Positions 27,340 to 36,344 of a stretch of 52,878 nucleotides of DNA are shown here, piece by piece. The DNA comes from a virus (taxonomy: Duplodnaviria > Caudoviricetes): positions 1 through 52,878 of the IMG/VR virus record IMGVR_UViG_3300028550_003611; one strand, given 5' to 3'. The notes under the pieces are model-generated. The model did not search any database, was not told the DNA's origin, and saw nothing but the letters and a program-made list of their open reading frames with translations. Position 1 is the stretch's first letter; every line of letters begins with the position of its first letter. A program made the translations under genes and the position numbers.

Positions 27340-28563
27340 TTAATATAGTACAGTTATTGTTCCGTTAAATTGAAACACACTTGCGTTCATAGAACTGTGT
27401 GCTGTTATAGTATAGACGTAAGTTCCTGTAGCAACGTCAGCATCCCACTCATCTATTGACGATGTACTTATCCATACAAGCCCACCCCATCTATTGTAGA
27501 TGCGAGTCTCCCATTGATCCCAACAAGCTCCGTCTGAAACAACCATCCAAGTATCATTCCATCCATCCCCATTAGGGGTTACAACATTTGGGGCAAAGAT
27601 TGAAGTCTCGTCACAAGGAAATGCTTCTGCACATTGTTCCCCCGTTTCACAATCTATATAAATAGATTCATATACAAAATCAGTTATAGTGTATGTATTA
27701 TAAACGTAGAGATACTCATATACAACCGTCTCTACATACATCGTGTCAGTTAAATAAATATATTCAAGCTCAACAAGAGTGTCTGTTTCTATCAACACAA
27801 TAGTATCGTATAGATACTCAATTATGTCTACATACTCAATTACTTGTACAGTGTCTGGGGGTAATTGAACATACTCTATCAATGTGTCCACTTCTGTAAT
27901 GTATAGAGTGTCTGTTGTTATCCACTCAACATCTATATAAATCGTATCAATAACATCTACATACACAGTATCACACGAAGGTGGGGCACAATATATAGCA
28001 GTGTTATTAGACAGGTCTACGTCAGGATAGTTCTGAGTTTGGTTAAACCCTGGATTCAACGCCCAACCTCCTTCAGCTATAAAAGCTGTGCGAGATAAAT
28101 TAATTTGCCACACAACTAACTCAGTACATAAAGTATCATTAGCTAATAGTTCTGCCCAACAATCGTTTGTACTTGCCCCTGTATCATAAACATTAGCACC
28201 CCAAGTATCACCATCGCTAAGAATCTGATTACCGTAAAGAGTAAAAACTTTAAACGTCCAACCTGGATGATTAACACCTGTTAGACAATCCATCCAATTA
28301 TAATCTAACCCTTCTACATGCAGCCCTAAAACAATATGAGATACTGTTGTGTTGTTAGTTACGTGTGGGCTAGAACTATTATCGCAAGTAGTTCCTACAC
28401 TAGTAAACTCGTTGCACCCACAGTTCTCACTGTTGATAGCCTCAACCACAATGTCACCCGTGGTAGCATCCCAACTATTAATAGCTACATCACATTGTGC
28501 GTTTACAGTTGTAGTAATAAAAATACTACATAAAATAAACAATACAAATTTTAATTGTTTCAT
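27340..28563 (-). CDS. Secreted protein with gliding-motility / T9SS type-B C-terminal sorting domain (CHU_C-like)
   Basis: Signal peptide ...TTVNA|Q; DT(V/I/L)Y-type acidic repeats; C-terminal IFAPNVVTPNGDGWNDTW...IYNRWG...W...GTYVY...GTITVLY. Confidence 0.85.
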   Translation of the reverse strand: MKQLKFVLFILCSIFITTTVNAQCDVAINSWDATTGDIVVEAINSENCGCNEFTSVGTTCDNSSSPHVTNNTTVSHIVLGLHVEGLDYNWMDCLTGVNHPGWTFKVFTLYGNQILSDGDTWGANVYDTGASTNDCWAELLANDTLCTELVVWQINLSRTAFIAEGGWALNPGFNQTQNYPDVDLSNNTAIYCAPPSCDTVYVDVIDTIYIDVEWITTDTLYITEVDTLIEYVQLPPDTVQVIEYVDIIEYLYDTIVLIETDTLVELEYIYLTDTMYVETVVYEYLYVYNTYTITDFVYESIYIDCETGEQCAEAFPCDETSIFAPNVVTPNGDGWNDTWMVVSDGACWDQWETRIYNRWGGLVWISTSSIDEWDADVATGTYVYTITAHSSMNASVFQFNGTITVLY

Positions 28564-29039
28564 GATTCTATAGTTGAAAAATCAATATATTTAATAGTAA
28601 CATCTTGCCCTTTTTCTAAAACAGCAGCAATTCGTGGGTATACATTAAAGTAAGCTTCAGTGCTGTTACCTATAAACCCATTAGTTTTAATACTGTTATT
28701 TACTTGCGAGTTGCCCAATAATAAACATCCCGCAGTGTCTTCATCAGTATTGCCACAATGTATAAGGATATACTTAAAATTAGGGACATCAAGTACATGA
28801 AGCATACCAAGATGTATATCAGCAAACCTCTTGGAATACTTAGTATGATGTCCTCCAACAATCCTAAGACCAAGACAGTACTCTCCTTCAGGTATACAAG
28901 TTTCTCCCCACACTTTTTCAGTGCGGCTTTCATCTTCGAGAGTATAGCATAAAAATTCACGTTTTCCATTGTTTATTTCAAATAACATTCCGTTAGTTGA
29001 GTCCGTTCCGTAGTTAAATCTTAATACTTCTAATTGCAT
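28560..29039 (-). CDS. DUF5675-family protein (L,D-transpeptidase-like; candidate endolysin)
   Basis: CYTLED, CIPEGEY and ILIHCGNTDEDTAGCLLLG (His...Cys) motifs. Confidence 0.8.
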   Translation of the reverse strand: MQLEVLRFNYGTDSTNGMLFEINNGKREFLCYTLEDESRTEKVWGETCIPEGEYCLGLRIVGGHHTKYSKRFADIHLGMLHVLDVPNFKYILIHCGNTDEDTAGCLLLGNSQVNNSIKTNGFIGNSTEAYFNVYPRIAAVLEKGQDVTIKYIDFSTIES

Positions 29040-29389
29040 GATCCGTAATTTGATAAAAAAGTTAATAAGTCGTTTACATCTACATCCCCATCTTCATTAA
29101 AGTCTCCAGCGCAAACTGGTTGAACACAGGAAGGATAGTTAGGGTGCTCTGTAAGCAAAGGATATACAAACCCATCCCCGTTTAAAACAAAAGCAGTTCC
29201 TATGTCTGCACAGTAAATTATAGTATATCCTCCCGCAGGTAATCCAAAGTAATGAGCTTCCCCATCGCAGTCTTGATACTGGAAATTTGTCCATTTTTCT
29301 GCCCCTACAGAAGTAAAGACATGCTGATTGCATTGGGCAATAGCAGTTAAGCTAAATATTAAAAATATTAAAGTAATTATATATTTCAT
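29030..29389 (-). CDS. Small secreted protein with C-terminal dockerin/EF-hand-like motif
   Basis: Signal peptide ...TAIA|Q; CAGDFNEDGDVDVNDLLTFLSNYG. Confidence 0.75.
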   Translation of the reverse strand: MKYIITLIFLIFSLTAIAQCNQHVFTSVGAEKWTNFQYQDCDGEAHYFGLPAGGYTIIYCADIGTAFVLNGDGFVYPLLTEHPNYPSCVQPVCAGDFNEDGDVDVNDLLTFLSNYGSCN

Positions 29390-29412
29390 TGTTTTTTGTT
29401 AAGTCTATGCAG

Positions 29413-29420
29413 TAAATATA
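29413..29420 (-). promoter_or_regulatory. Possible Bacteroidota-type -7 element variant for the minus-strand cassette
   Basis: TATATTTA (one mismatch to TAnnTTTG) about 24 nt upstream of the ATG at 29389. Confidence 0.4.
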
Positions 29421-29433
29421 CAACTTTTTAAGT

Positions 29434-29441
29434 TATCTTTG
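29434..29441 (+). promoter_or_regulatory. Bacteroidota sigma-A -7 element
   Basis: TATCTTTG matches TAnnTTTG; not followed by an ORF. Confidence 0.6.
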
Positions 29442-29444
29442 CGC

Positions 29445-29695
29445 CGAAACCGCTTCCTAGTGACCGGCCTCAGGTAATCAAAAAGAGGCCTAGACATCGG
29501 GTTACAGTAACTGTCAACATAGTCAGCGAACGTCGTCCCCGGTAGTTTCAAAATAAATGTTAATATAAAACTCAGGTGGGAACCAGGCTATAAGGTGTCG
29601 CCCCCACACAGGCTAAAAACGGTGAGTGGAAATTTAACACTAGACAAAAAAATTCGAAAAATCGAAGGGGCCTAATTGTATTTGGGCGACAAATT
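29445..29695 (+). ncRNA. Candidate structured non-coding RNA (~250 nt)
   Basis: ORF-free, GC-richer than its flanks, several complementary segments, directly downstream of a -7 promoter element. Confidence 0.45.
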
Positions 29696-29706
29696 TAAAA
29701 ATATTT

Positions 29707-29748
29707 TGTAACATAGCTTGTTACATAAGAGAAAGTTTTATATATTTG
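29707..29748 (+). promoter_or_regulatory. Late-operon promoter with overlapping palindromic operator
   Basis: TATATTTG at 29741-29748; TTG at 29718-29720; TGTAACA-N5-TGTTACA at 29707-29725. Confidence 0.65.
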
Positions 29749-29764
29749 TTGCAAACCAAACATT

Positions 29765-30052
29765 ATGCCAACAACAATAAACTTTCAGCCCACTAGAGAT
29801 TGGGTTGTGCTCCCAGTAAAGAATACTGAAAAAACAGAATCTGGAATTATTCTCCCAGAAAGTGTTCAAAAAACAATTAAAACTAACATTCTAACTGTAG
29901 TTGCTACAGGCCCTACTTGCGTAGACATCAAAGTTGGTCAAACAGTTATGGTCCATCCTACAACAGAAGGATTGATTATTGAGGTTGATGGAACCAGCTA
30001 TGTTATGGTCAATGAATTCATGATTTGTGGTATAATGCCAGAAAAAAAGTGA
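29765..30052 (+). CDS. groES: Co-chaperonin GroES
   Basis: PTRDWV, KTESGIILP mobile loop, VVATGP, IKVGQTV; 95 aa. Confidence 0.9.
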   Translation: MPTTINFQPTRDWVVLPVKNTEKTESGIILPESVQKTIKTNILTVVATGPTCVDIKVGQTVMVHPTTEGLIIEVDGTSYVMVNEFMICGIMPEKK

Positions 30053-30294
30053 AAGGAACTGTAACTATATCAATAAAAGATTACGACTCCCTTAGAGGGG
30101 CAGAAAGCTCTTCACTAAAAAAAGATGAGAGACTGATTAGAGCTGCAAAAGAGCTCGAAGTCTTTCTCTCATTTCTTGTTACAAGAGAAAATATTGCTGA
30201 ATATCTAGATGAATTTAACAGGCAATCTAAAGGAACAAAAATTAATCTTATTGAAGGCAGAGCTAAAATAATATTCGAAAATGAGGAAAATTAA
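30049..30294 (+). CDS. Hypothetical protein
   Basis: GTG start overlapping the groES stop. Confidence 0.6.
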   Translation: MKGTVTISIKDYDSLRGAESSSLKKDERLIRAAKELEVFLSFLVTRENIAEYLDEFNRQSKGTKINLIEGRAKIIFENEEN

Positions 30295-30595
30295 TATTAA
30301 AACAGACAGTACTCTTAAATACTTTCAAGTGTTTAATGGGATTTTAGAACTTACAGATAAAGAACTTAAAATTCTTTCTGAATTTGTAGATTTAAGCATT
30401 ACAATTAACTTATGTTCTGCTGAAAACAAAAAATTAGTGTCTAAAAAGTTAAATATAAAAGATCCTAATACTCTTAACAATTACGTTAAAAGACTTAAAG
30501 ATAAAGGCGCAATTAAAAAAACTAAAGATGGGTATGCTTTAGCTGGACTGTTAAAAAAAGAAGAATATGTTGTATTAGCAATACACAATGTCTAA
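30281..30595 (+). CDS. Winged-HTH-like DNA-binding protein
   Basis: LTDKELKIL...NTLNNYVKRLKDKGAI pattern. Confidence 0.6.
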   Translation: MRKINIKTDSTLKYFQVFNGILELTDKELKILSEFVDLSITINLCSAENKKLVSKKLNIKDPNTLNNYVKRLKDKGAIKKTKDGYALAGLLKKEEYVVLAIHNV

Positions 30596-30728
30596 AATTA
30601 CATTAATAGAGGACCATTTTATAATGGATCCCTGGTCTTTGTTAGTATTATACTCACATAAAGGAGAAGCAATACAAATAGTAATTTATCATACAAAAAC
30701 TGAAGATGGAGAAGTTATCAATTTATAA
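30588..30728 (+). CDS. Small hypothetical protein (46 aa; not in the ORF track)
   Basis: Manual translation MSKITLIEDHF...GEVINL bridges the gap between neighbours. Confidence 0.45.
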   Translation: MSKITLIEDHFIMDPWSLLVLYSHKGEAIQIVIYHTKTEDGEVINL

Positions 30729-30966
30729 AATGGTTAAATCTTTTGCAAAAGAGGTAAAAGAATTTGCTAAAGAAGGAGCCCCGCATGTAAGTGCAACAGA
30801 ATATAAAGAACGTTTAGATGCTTGCAAAGGATGTCCTAATTTTAAAATAGATATTGAACGATGCGGGCTGTGCGGTTGTTTAGTAGAACACAAAGCTAAA
30901 TGGGGCACTACTGATTGCCCAGATGATCCATCAAGATGGAAACCAATTATTAAAAAAGAGATTTAA
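30706..30966 (+). CDS. Cys-rich metal-binding protein (DUF6171-like)
   Basis: RLDACKGCP...CGLCGC...CP...W. Confidence 0.65.
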   Translation: MEKLSIYKMVKSFAKEVKEFAKEGAPHVSATEYKERLDACKGCPNFKIDIERCGLCGCLVEHKAKWGTTDCPDDPSRWKPIIKKEI

Positions 30967-30967
30967 G

Positions 30968-31186
30968 ATGGATAAACGAATAATTATTCAAAAATTAGCA
31001 ACTAAATACTCTTTATCGTTTAAAAAAGTAGAAGATATTGTGTATTACCAGTTTAAATACGTTTCTAAAGTATTTAAAGACAAAAAATTTGAATCTGTTA
31101 GACTGCCTTACTTAGGTAAATTTCATGTTGTACCTGGTAGATTAGAATATTTACAAAAAAATGAAAGATCTAATAACAGTAAGTAA
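30968..31186 (+). CDS. HU/IHF-like DNA-binding protein
   Basis: IIQKLA...VRLPYLGKFHV; lies upstream of the terminase as in crAss-like phages. Confidence 0.7.
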   Translation: MDKRIIIQKLATKYSLSFKKVEDIVYYQFKYVSKVFKDKKFESVRLPYLGKFHVVPGRLEYLQKNERSNNSK

Positions 31187-31655
31187 AAACGTAGTTATAC
31201 CTTCTGCGTATGCTTTAGCTATTCCAGAGTTTGAGTCTCTCTCTACCCCAGAGTTAGGAGCCGTATATTTTTATGCAGATCATGACTCTCCTTATGCAGT
31301 ATATGACAAAGGAGAAAGATTAAAAAAAATAGAAAAAGACTTAAAAATTAAATACACCCCAAAATTACGTAAAGCAATAGATAAATACAATAATTTGTGT
31401 GAAACGTCTGCTATTAAGCTGTTAAAAGCTGCAAGAACGTCTATTCAGAAATTAGAAAAATATTTTGAAACTATTAATTTAGATATATTAGATGATAACG
31501 GTAAACCTATCTATTCCGCAAAAGATCTTATTGCTAATCTATCTAATATGGGTAAAGTTGTTAATGGGCTAGAAGAACTAGAAGAATTAGTAAAAAGACA
31601 ACAACAAAAACAAACAAATAGGGGAGGAGTAGTAACTAATAAGTACTCTCAATGA
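31161..31655 (+). CDS. Protein upstream of TerL (candidate small terminase)
   Basis: Position and ATGA overlap with TerL; function inferred. Confidence 0.5.
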   Translation: MKDLITVSKNVVIPSAYALAIPEFESLSTPELGAVYFYADHDSPYAVYDKGERLKKIEKDLKIKYTPKLRKAIDKYNNLCETSAIKLLKAARTSIQKLEKYFETINLDILDDNGKPIYSAKDLIANLSNMGKVVNGLEELEELVKRQQQKQTNRGGVVTNKYSQ

Positions 31656-33607
31656 AATTTGTTGATTCTACACAGTACTCTCCGGCTGCAAACCATTACA
31701 TAAAGACAGGGTATTACACAGATATACATCCAGGCACTAAAGAATACTTTGATCATTGGGATCAGGAAGCTAACAGATGTTTATATGGCTATTTAGGAAT
31801 GTCTGGCTATCATTATTTTTATTTAAACTATTGCCCTATTGACAGGGCTGTAGACGAGATACTACCAGACGGAACAGTGCAGGCTAGAAGAGATAGAACA
31901 TTTCCTGCATTTTATGACGGAGATTTTAAATATTACAACTGTATAGATCGAGCGCGTAAGGAAAACAAACACATGGTTGTATTAAAAGCTCGTAGAAAAG
32001 GTTTTTCGTACAAAGCAGCAGCAATGTTAGCACGAAATTACTTCCATGTTAGGAATAGTAAGAACTATGTTTTTGCCGCAAGTAAAGAGTATTTGATTGG
32101 GGACGGGTTATTATCGAAAGCTTGGGAGTTCTTAAGCTTTATTGATGACAATACTGCGTGGACACAGCCCAGGCTACGAGATAGAGAGATGTCTAAGATG
32201 TCTGGATATAAGAAAAATGTTAACGGGGCAGACGTTGAACTTGGTATGAAGTCCCAAATAATGGGTGTATCTCTTAAAGATAGTCCAGATAAAGTTCGTG
32301 GTAAAGCTGGAGAGCTTATATTCTTTGAGGAAGCAGGATCTTTTGGGGGACTTTTAAAAGCGTGGGAAGTAGCTATGCCTACCATGAGGCAAGGTAGCAA
32401 AACTCTTGGGACTATGGTTGCTTTTGGGACAGGGGGTACTGAGGGATCAGACTTTGATGGAATGGAAGAACTTTTTTATCACCCAGACTCATATGATTGT
32501 TTGTCTTTTGAAAACGTATGGGATTCAGGGTCAATGGGAACAACCTGTGGGTACTTTGTCCCTATTCAAGAAAACTTAGATGGGTTTATAGATGATAATG
32601 GTAACTCTATTGAAGGAGAAGCTAAGATATTTATAGATAAACAACGAGAGAAGAAAAAAGGAGCTAACGATCCAAAAGCTTTAGATCAATATGTAGCAGA
32701 GCATCCGTTTTCTCCGCAAGAAGCAACACTTCAGGTTACAGCTAATCTATTTGACATTAACTCCCTTAAAGAACAATACAATAAGATTCGAGCGCATGGC
32801 TTAGAGTCTGAAGGAACTTCTGGGGAAGTGTACTATGACAAAGATAGCAAGATTGTATTTCGTCCGGGCGGAAAATCTGTGCCAGTATATAAATTCCCTC
32901 ACAGAAAAGGAGACAAAACAGAAGGTGCTATAGTTGTATACGAGCATCCTTATAAAACTGAAGGAGGAGAAGTGCCGCATAATTTGTATATTGTCTGCCA
33001 TGATCCGTATGCTCAGGAAAAGTCTACAACAAATGAATCTCTTGGAGCGGCTTATGTGATTAAACGAGTAAATAATCTTTCTAAACCTGATGACATAATT
33101 GTAGCTAGTTATGTAGGAAGACCAAATACACAAGATGAGTACAACAAAAATTTATTTATGCTGGCTGAACTCTACAATGCCAAAATTGGATTCGAGAACG
33201 ACCGTGGAGAGCTTATTGCTTACGCAAAAAGATTTAGGAAGTTATATAAGTTACAAGAAGAGTTTGAAATGTTGGATAAGAGAGAACTCAGATCCAAAAA
33301 TGTAAGACGTCAATATGGTATGCATATGACTGAGCAAAGAAAACGACAAGGAGAGCTTTATATTAGAGATTGGTTGCTTACCCCAAGAAGTGCATCAGAA
33401 GATGGAACCGTTAAATTAAATTTGCATACAATTTATGACCCAGCATTGTTATTAGAGTTAATTAAATTTAATCAAAAGGGTAACTTTGACCGAGTTATGG
33501 CGTTTATGGTAGGTATGTATCATACGCGAGAGTTATATAATAGAGAAGTAGTTGAAATTTTAGATGATCGCTCTGGGGATACCTGGTTCGACAGTATTTA
33601 TAAGTAA
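31652..33607 (+). CDS. terL: Terminase large subunit
   Basis: HYFYLNY, LKARRKGFSY (Walker A), FEEAG (Walker B), nuclease HDPY and GNFDRV. Confidence 0.95.
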   Translation: MKFVDSTQYSPAANHYIKTGYYTDIHPGTKEYFDHWDQEANRCLYGYLGMSGYHYFYLNYCPIDRAVDEILPDGTVQARRDRTFPAFYDGDFKYYNCIDRARKENKHMVVLKARRKGFSYKAAAMLARNYFHVRNSKNYVFAASKEYLIGDGLLSKAWEFLSFIDDNTAWTQPRLRDREMSKMSGYKKNVNGADVELGMKSQIMGVSLKDSPDKVRGKAGELIFFEEAGSFGGLLKAWEVAMPTMRQGSKTLGTMVAFGTGGTEGSDFDGMEELFYHPDSYDCLSFENVWDSGSMGTTCGYFVPIQENLDGFIDDNGNSIEGEAKIFIDKQREKKKGANDPKALDQYVAEHPFSPQEATLQVTANLFDINSLKEQYNKIRAHGLESEGTSGEVYYDKDSKIVFRPGGKSVPVYKFPHRKGDKTEGAIVVYEHPYKTEGGEVPHNLYIVCHDPYAQEKSTTNESLGAAYVIKRVNNLSKPDDIIVASYVGRPNTQDEYNKNLFMLAELYNAKIGFENDRGELIAYAKRFRKLYKLQEEFEMLDKRELRSKNVRRQYGMHMTEQRKRQGELYIRDWLLTPRSASEDGTVKLNLHTIYDPALLLELIKFNQKGNFDRVMAFMVGMYHTRELYNREVVEILDDRSGDTWFDSIYK

Positions 33608-33617
33608 TTTTACAAAA

Positions 33618-35846
33618 ATGTATGGACAGGCGAATATTCCAAGACAACGGTTACCGAAGTCAAAGAAAACTAAAAAGTGGCAGGAAGAGTGTGTAGAAGC
33701 ATTTATAGACTTATCTAAGTTTGGGATATCTGATCGCAGATCTTATCTTAAGTCTTTATATGATTATTATAACGGTGTAATTGATGAGCAGGACTATAAA
33801 TATGTGCTTAAACCTTATGGTAAAACAAGACAAAACTTTCCTTCTAAATTACGCAACTACCCAATTATTAAACCTGTTATAGATTTATTACTTGGGGAAA
33901 AATCTAAACGTCCTCTTAACTATACTGTCACAGTTAAAAATGCTGATTCTGTATCTATTAAAGAGGAGGAAAAAAACAAAAAACTAGTAGAAATGGCTAG
34001 TAGAATGTTTATGGAGCAGCAACAACAACAACAAGCTCCTCAACAGCCTGGAGCGGCTCCGCCTCCACAAGAGAATCCAATTCCTGCTCAAATTATGTCT
34101 CAATTTGAGGCTTCATATGTAGATCGAAGAGCTACAAGTGGGCAAGCTGCTTTAAACTACATGTTGCAGAATGAAGAAATTTATGATAAATTCCAAAAAG
34201 GATTTTTTCATTATTTAGTTTCTGGTGAAGTGTACTCACACAAAGGAGTTAGACGCAATGAAGTTTTTTACAGCATAGTTAATCCTCTAGATGTAGACTA
34301 CGATAAAGATCCAGATTTAGAATTTGTAGAAGATGGCGACTGGGCAATGGTAAGAAGATATGCGCATGCTTCTACTCTTATTGATACGTTTGGGAATGTT
34401 TTAACTGATGAGCAAGTTTTAGAGTTAGAAAACCCTAGGCATTTATCTGCAGACTCATATTTATTATACAGATCTGAAGCAACTGGGACAGACCCTAACA
34501 TGTTTAGAAATAGACTTATAGAATCTGTAACTGTCTATTGGAAAAGCAGAAAAAGAATTGGATTCCTATCTTATCCTGATCCCGCTACTGGAATGATGGA
34601 GGAAATGGAAGTTGACGAAACATATAAACTTCCAGGAGAATTAAAAGCTGCGGGAGCAAAAATAAAATATGAATGGGTAAATGAAGTATGGGAAGGAACA
34701 AGATTAGATGGGAGGTTTTATGTAAATATGAACCCTATATTAAATCAAAGATCTTCTTTAGATAATCCATCTTTATGCAAGCTCCCAATAAACGGAAGAA
34801 AGTATTCTGATATTAATGCTGAAAACATTTCACTAGTATCTTTAGGTATTCCTCTTCAACTTAATTACAACATTTTTAAGTACCGCATGGAGTTAGCTAT
34901 TGCTAGATCTAAAGATATTATTGCACAGTTTGATATTAACATGATTCCTAAAAAGTGGGACATGGATAAGTTCATGTATTTTGTAGAAGGAACTGGAATT
35001 GCTTGGGTAGATTACAACAAAGAAGGTATACAACTTTCGCCTCAACATCAATCAGTTCTTGATATGTCTATTAAAACTATAGACCAATACTTAGGGTTAC
35101 TAGAATCTATTGTACAAGAGTGGGAAAAAATCTCAGGGGTCAACAGACAACGTCAAGGAGGTATAGGCCCATATGAAGGTAAAGCGTCTTCTCAACAAGC
35201 TATTGTGCAGTCTTCTCACATTACTGAAGACATGTTTAGAAAATTTGCTAGATTTGAGCAAAGAGAGCTGCAAGGTCTTTTGGATTACTCTAAAGAAGCA
35301 TGGGTAGATGGTAAAAAAGGCATGTATGTTATGCCAGATAATACTATGGCTATGCTAGATTTAGAATCACTTACTCATATGGAAAGTGAGTATGGTATTT
35401 TTGTTTCAGACTCTGGAAGAGACCAAGATAAACTTGAACAAGCTAAAGCACTAGCTCAATCTATGGTTCAAAACGGAGTACCTGCTTCTGCGGTACTTGA
35501 TTTGTTTGATACTGAAAACTTTGCAGGAATTAAAAAGAAGATTGAGGCAGCAGAAAAAACACAAAAAGAACTTGAGGCTAAGCAGGCAGAAGCGCAACAA
35601 CAGGCTCAACAAGCAGAATTACAGCAAAAACAAATGGCTGCACAACAGGAGGGTCTAGAAAAAGATAAAGATCGTCAAGTTATAATAGAAAAAGCTCTTA
35701 TTGAGGCTGAGTCTAGAGACCAAACTAATAAGTTAAATCTAGACATGGAAAAAATGATGAAAGATTTTGAGCTTAAAGAACAAGAATTAAGATTAAAAGA
35801 AGAAGCATTATATAGAGAAGGAGATATGGAACCTAACGGAAAATGA
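33618..35846 (+). CDS. Portal protein
   Basis: Follows TerL; NYPIIKPVIDLLLGE, SGVNRQRQG, C-terminal coiled coil; start set at MYGQ. Confidence 0.9.
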   Translation: MYGQANIPRQRLPKSKKTKKWQEECVEAFIDLSKFGISDRRSYLKSLYDYYNGVIDEQDYKYVLKPYGKTRQNFPSKLRNYPIIKPVIDLLLGEKSKRPLNYTVTVKNADSVSIKEEEKNKKLVEMASRMFMEQQQQQQAPQQPGAAPPPQENPIPAQIMSQFEASYVDRRATSGQAALNYMLQNEEIYDKFQKGFFHYLVSGEVYSHKGVRRNEVFYSIVNPLDVDYDKDPDLEFVEDGDWAMVRRYAHASTLIDTFGNVLTDEQVLELENPRHLSADSYLLYRSEATGTDPNMFRNRLIESVTVYWKSRKRIGFLSYPDPATGMMEEMEVDETYKLPGELKAAGAKIKYEWVNEVWEGTRLDGRFYVNMNPILNQRSSLDNPSLCKLPINGRKYSDINAENISLVSLGIPLQLNYNIFKYRMELAIARSKDIIAQFDINMIPKKWDMDKFMYFVEGTGIAWVDYNKEGIQLSPQHQSVLDMSIKTIDQYLGLLESIVQEWEKISGVNRQRQGGIGPYEGKASSQQAIVQSSHITEDMFRKFARFEQRELQGLLDYSKEAWVDGKKGMYVMPDNTMAMLDLESLTHMESEYGIFVSDSGRDQDKLEQAKALAQSMVQNGVPASAVLDLFDTENFAGIKKKIEAAEKTQKELEAKQAEAQQQAQQAELQQKQMAAQQEGLEKDKDRQVIIEKALIEAESRDQTNKLNLDMEKMMKDFELKEQELRLKEEALYREGDMEPNGK

Positions 35847-36274
35847 CAAATAAAGAACGCAGAGATATAGTTAATAAAGCTCAAGAAGAAGGGTACCAAG
35901 GAAGTTATGTTGACTTATTTAAAAATCCTCCTATGGGAAGTATTAATCCAGAACTTTCTCAAGACATTAAAATAGCTAGAACTCCAGGAGAACAGGAACA
36001 AGGATTACGTCCTGCACATGCTCAAGGAAGAACTGAGACATCTATGGCTTTTCCAAATGTTGCTCCTGGCTCTAATTTTAACACTGTTGGCATGAAAAGC
36101 AACATAGATTTTAAAGAATTTGACAAATCTGGCGATTTAATTAAATCTTACGAAAATGTTCCTCCAGGCCTTTCAACTAGTTTTACTACTGGTACTGAGC
36201 CTTCTACAGTTCTTGAAACTCCTTCAAAATTACGATATGGCGGGCTTAAATATGGATCCGTAAAACGTAAGTGA
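35843..36274 (+). CDS. Hypothetical (possible virion-associated) protein
   Basis: ATGA overlap with portal; FNTVGM..IDF and terminal LRYGG. Confidence 0.6.
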   Translation: MTNKERRDIVNKAQEEGYQGSYVDLFKNPPMGSINPELSQDIKIARTPGEQEQGLRPAHAQGRTETSMAFPNVAPGSNFNTVGMKSNIDFKEFDKSGDLIKSYENVPPGLSTSFTTGTEPSTVLETPSKLRYGGLKYGSVKRK

Positions 36275-36344
36275 TATATAGTAATGAAAACTATAGAAAA
36301 AAATTTTACATTTAAACAAACCTAAACACTAAATATTTTTGTAC

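Noticed and set aside
29445-29695. Canonical group I intron or tmRNA
   Set aside because: Not inside a gene, core-like strings are out of order with no convincing P7, and there are no tRNA-like ends or tag ORF; kept only as an unknown ncRNA candidate
19628-33607. Inteins or introns in PolA or TerL
   Set aside because: Both ORFs are continuous and of compact length, with no intein splice or LAGLIDADG motifs
34010-34085. CAA/CAG microsatellite in the portal gene as a contingency locus
   Set aside because: In-frame Gln/Pro low-complexity loop with mixed codons
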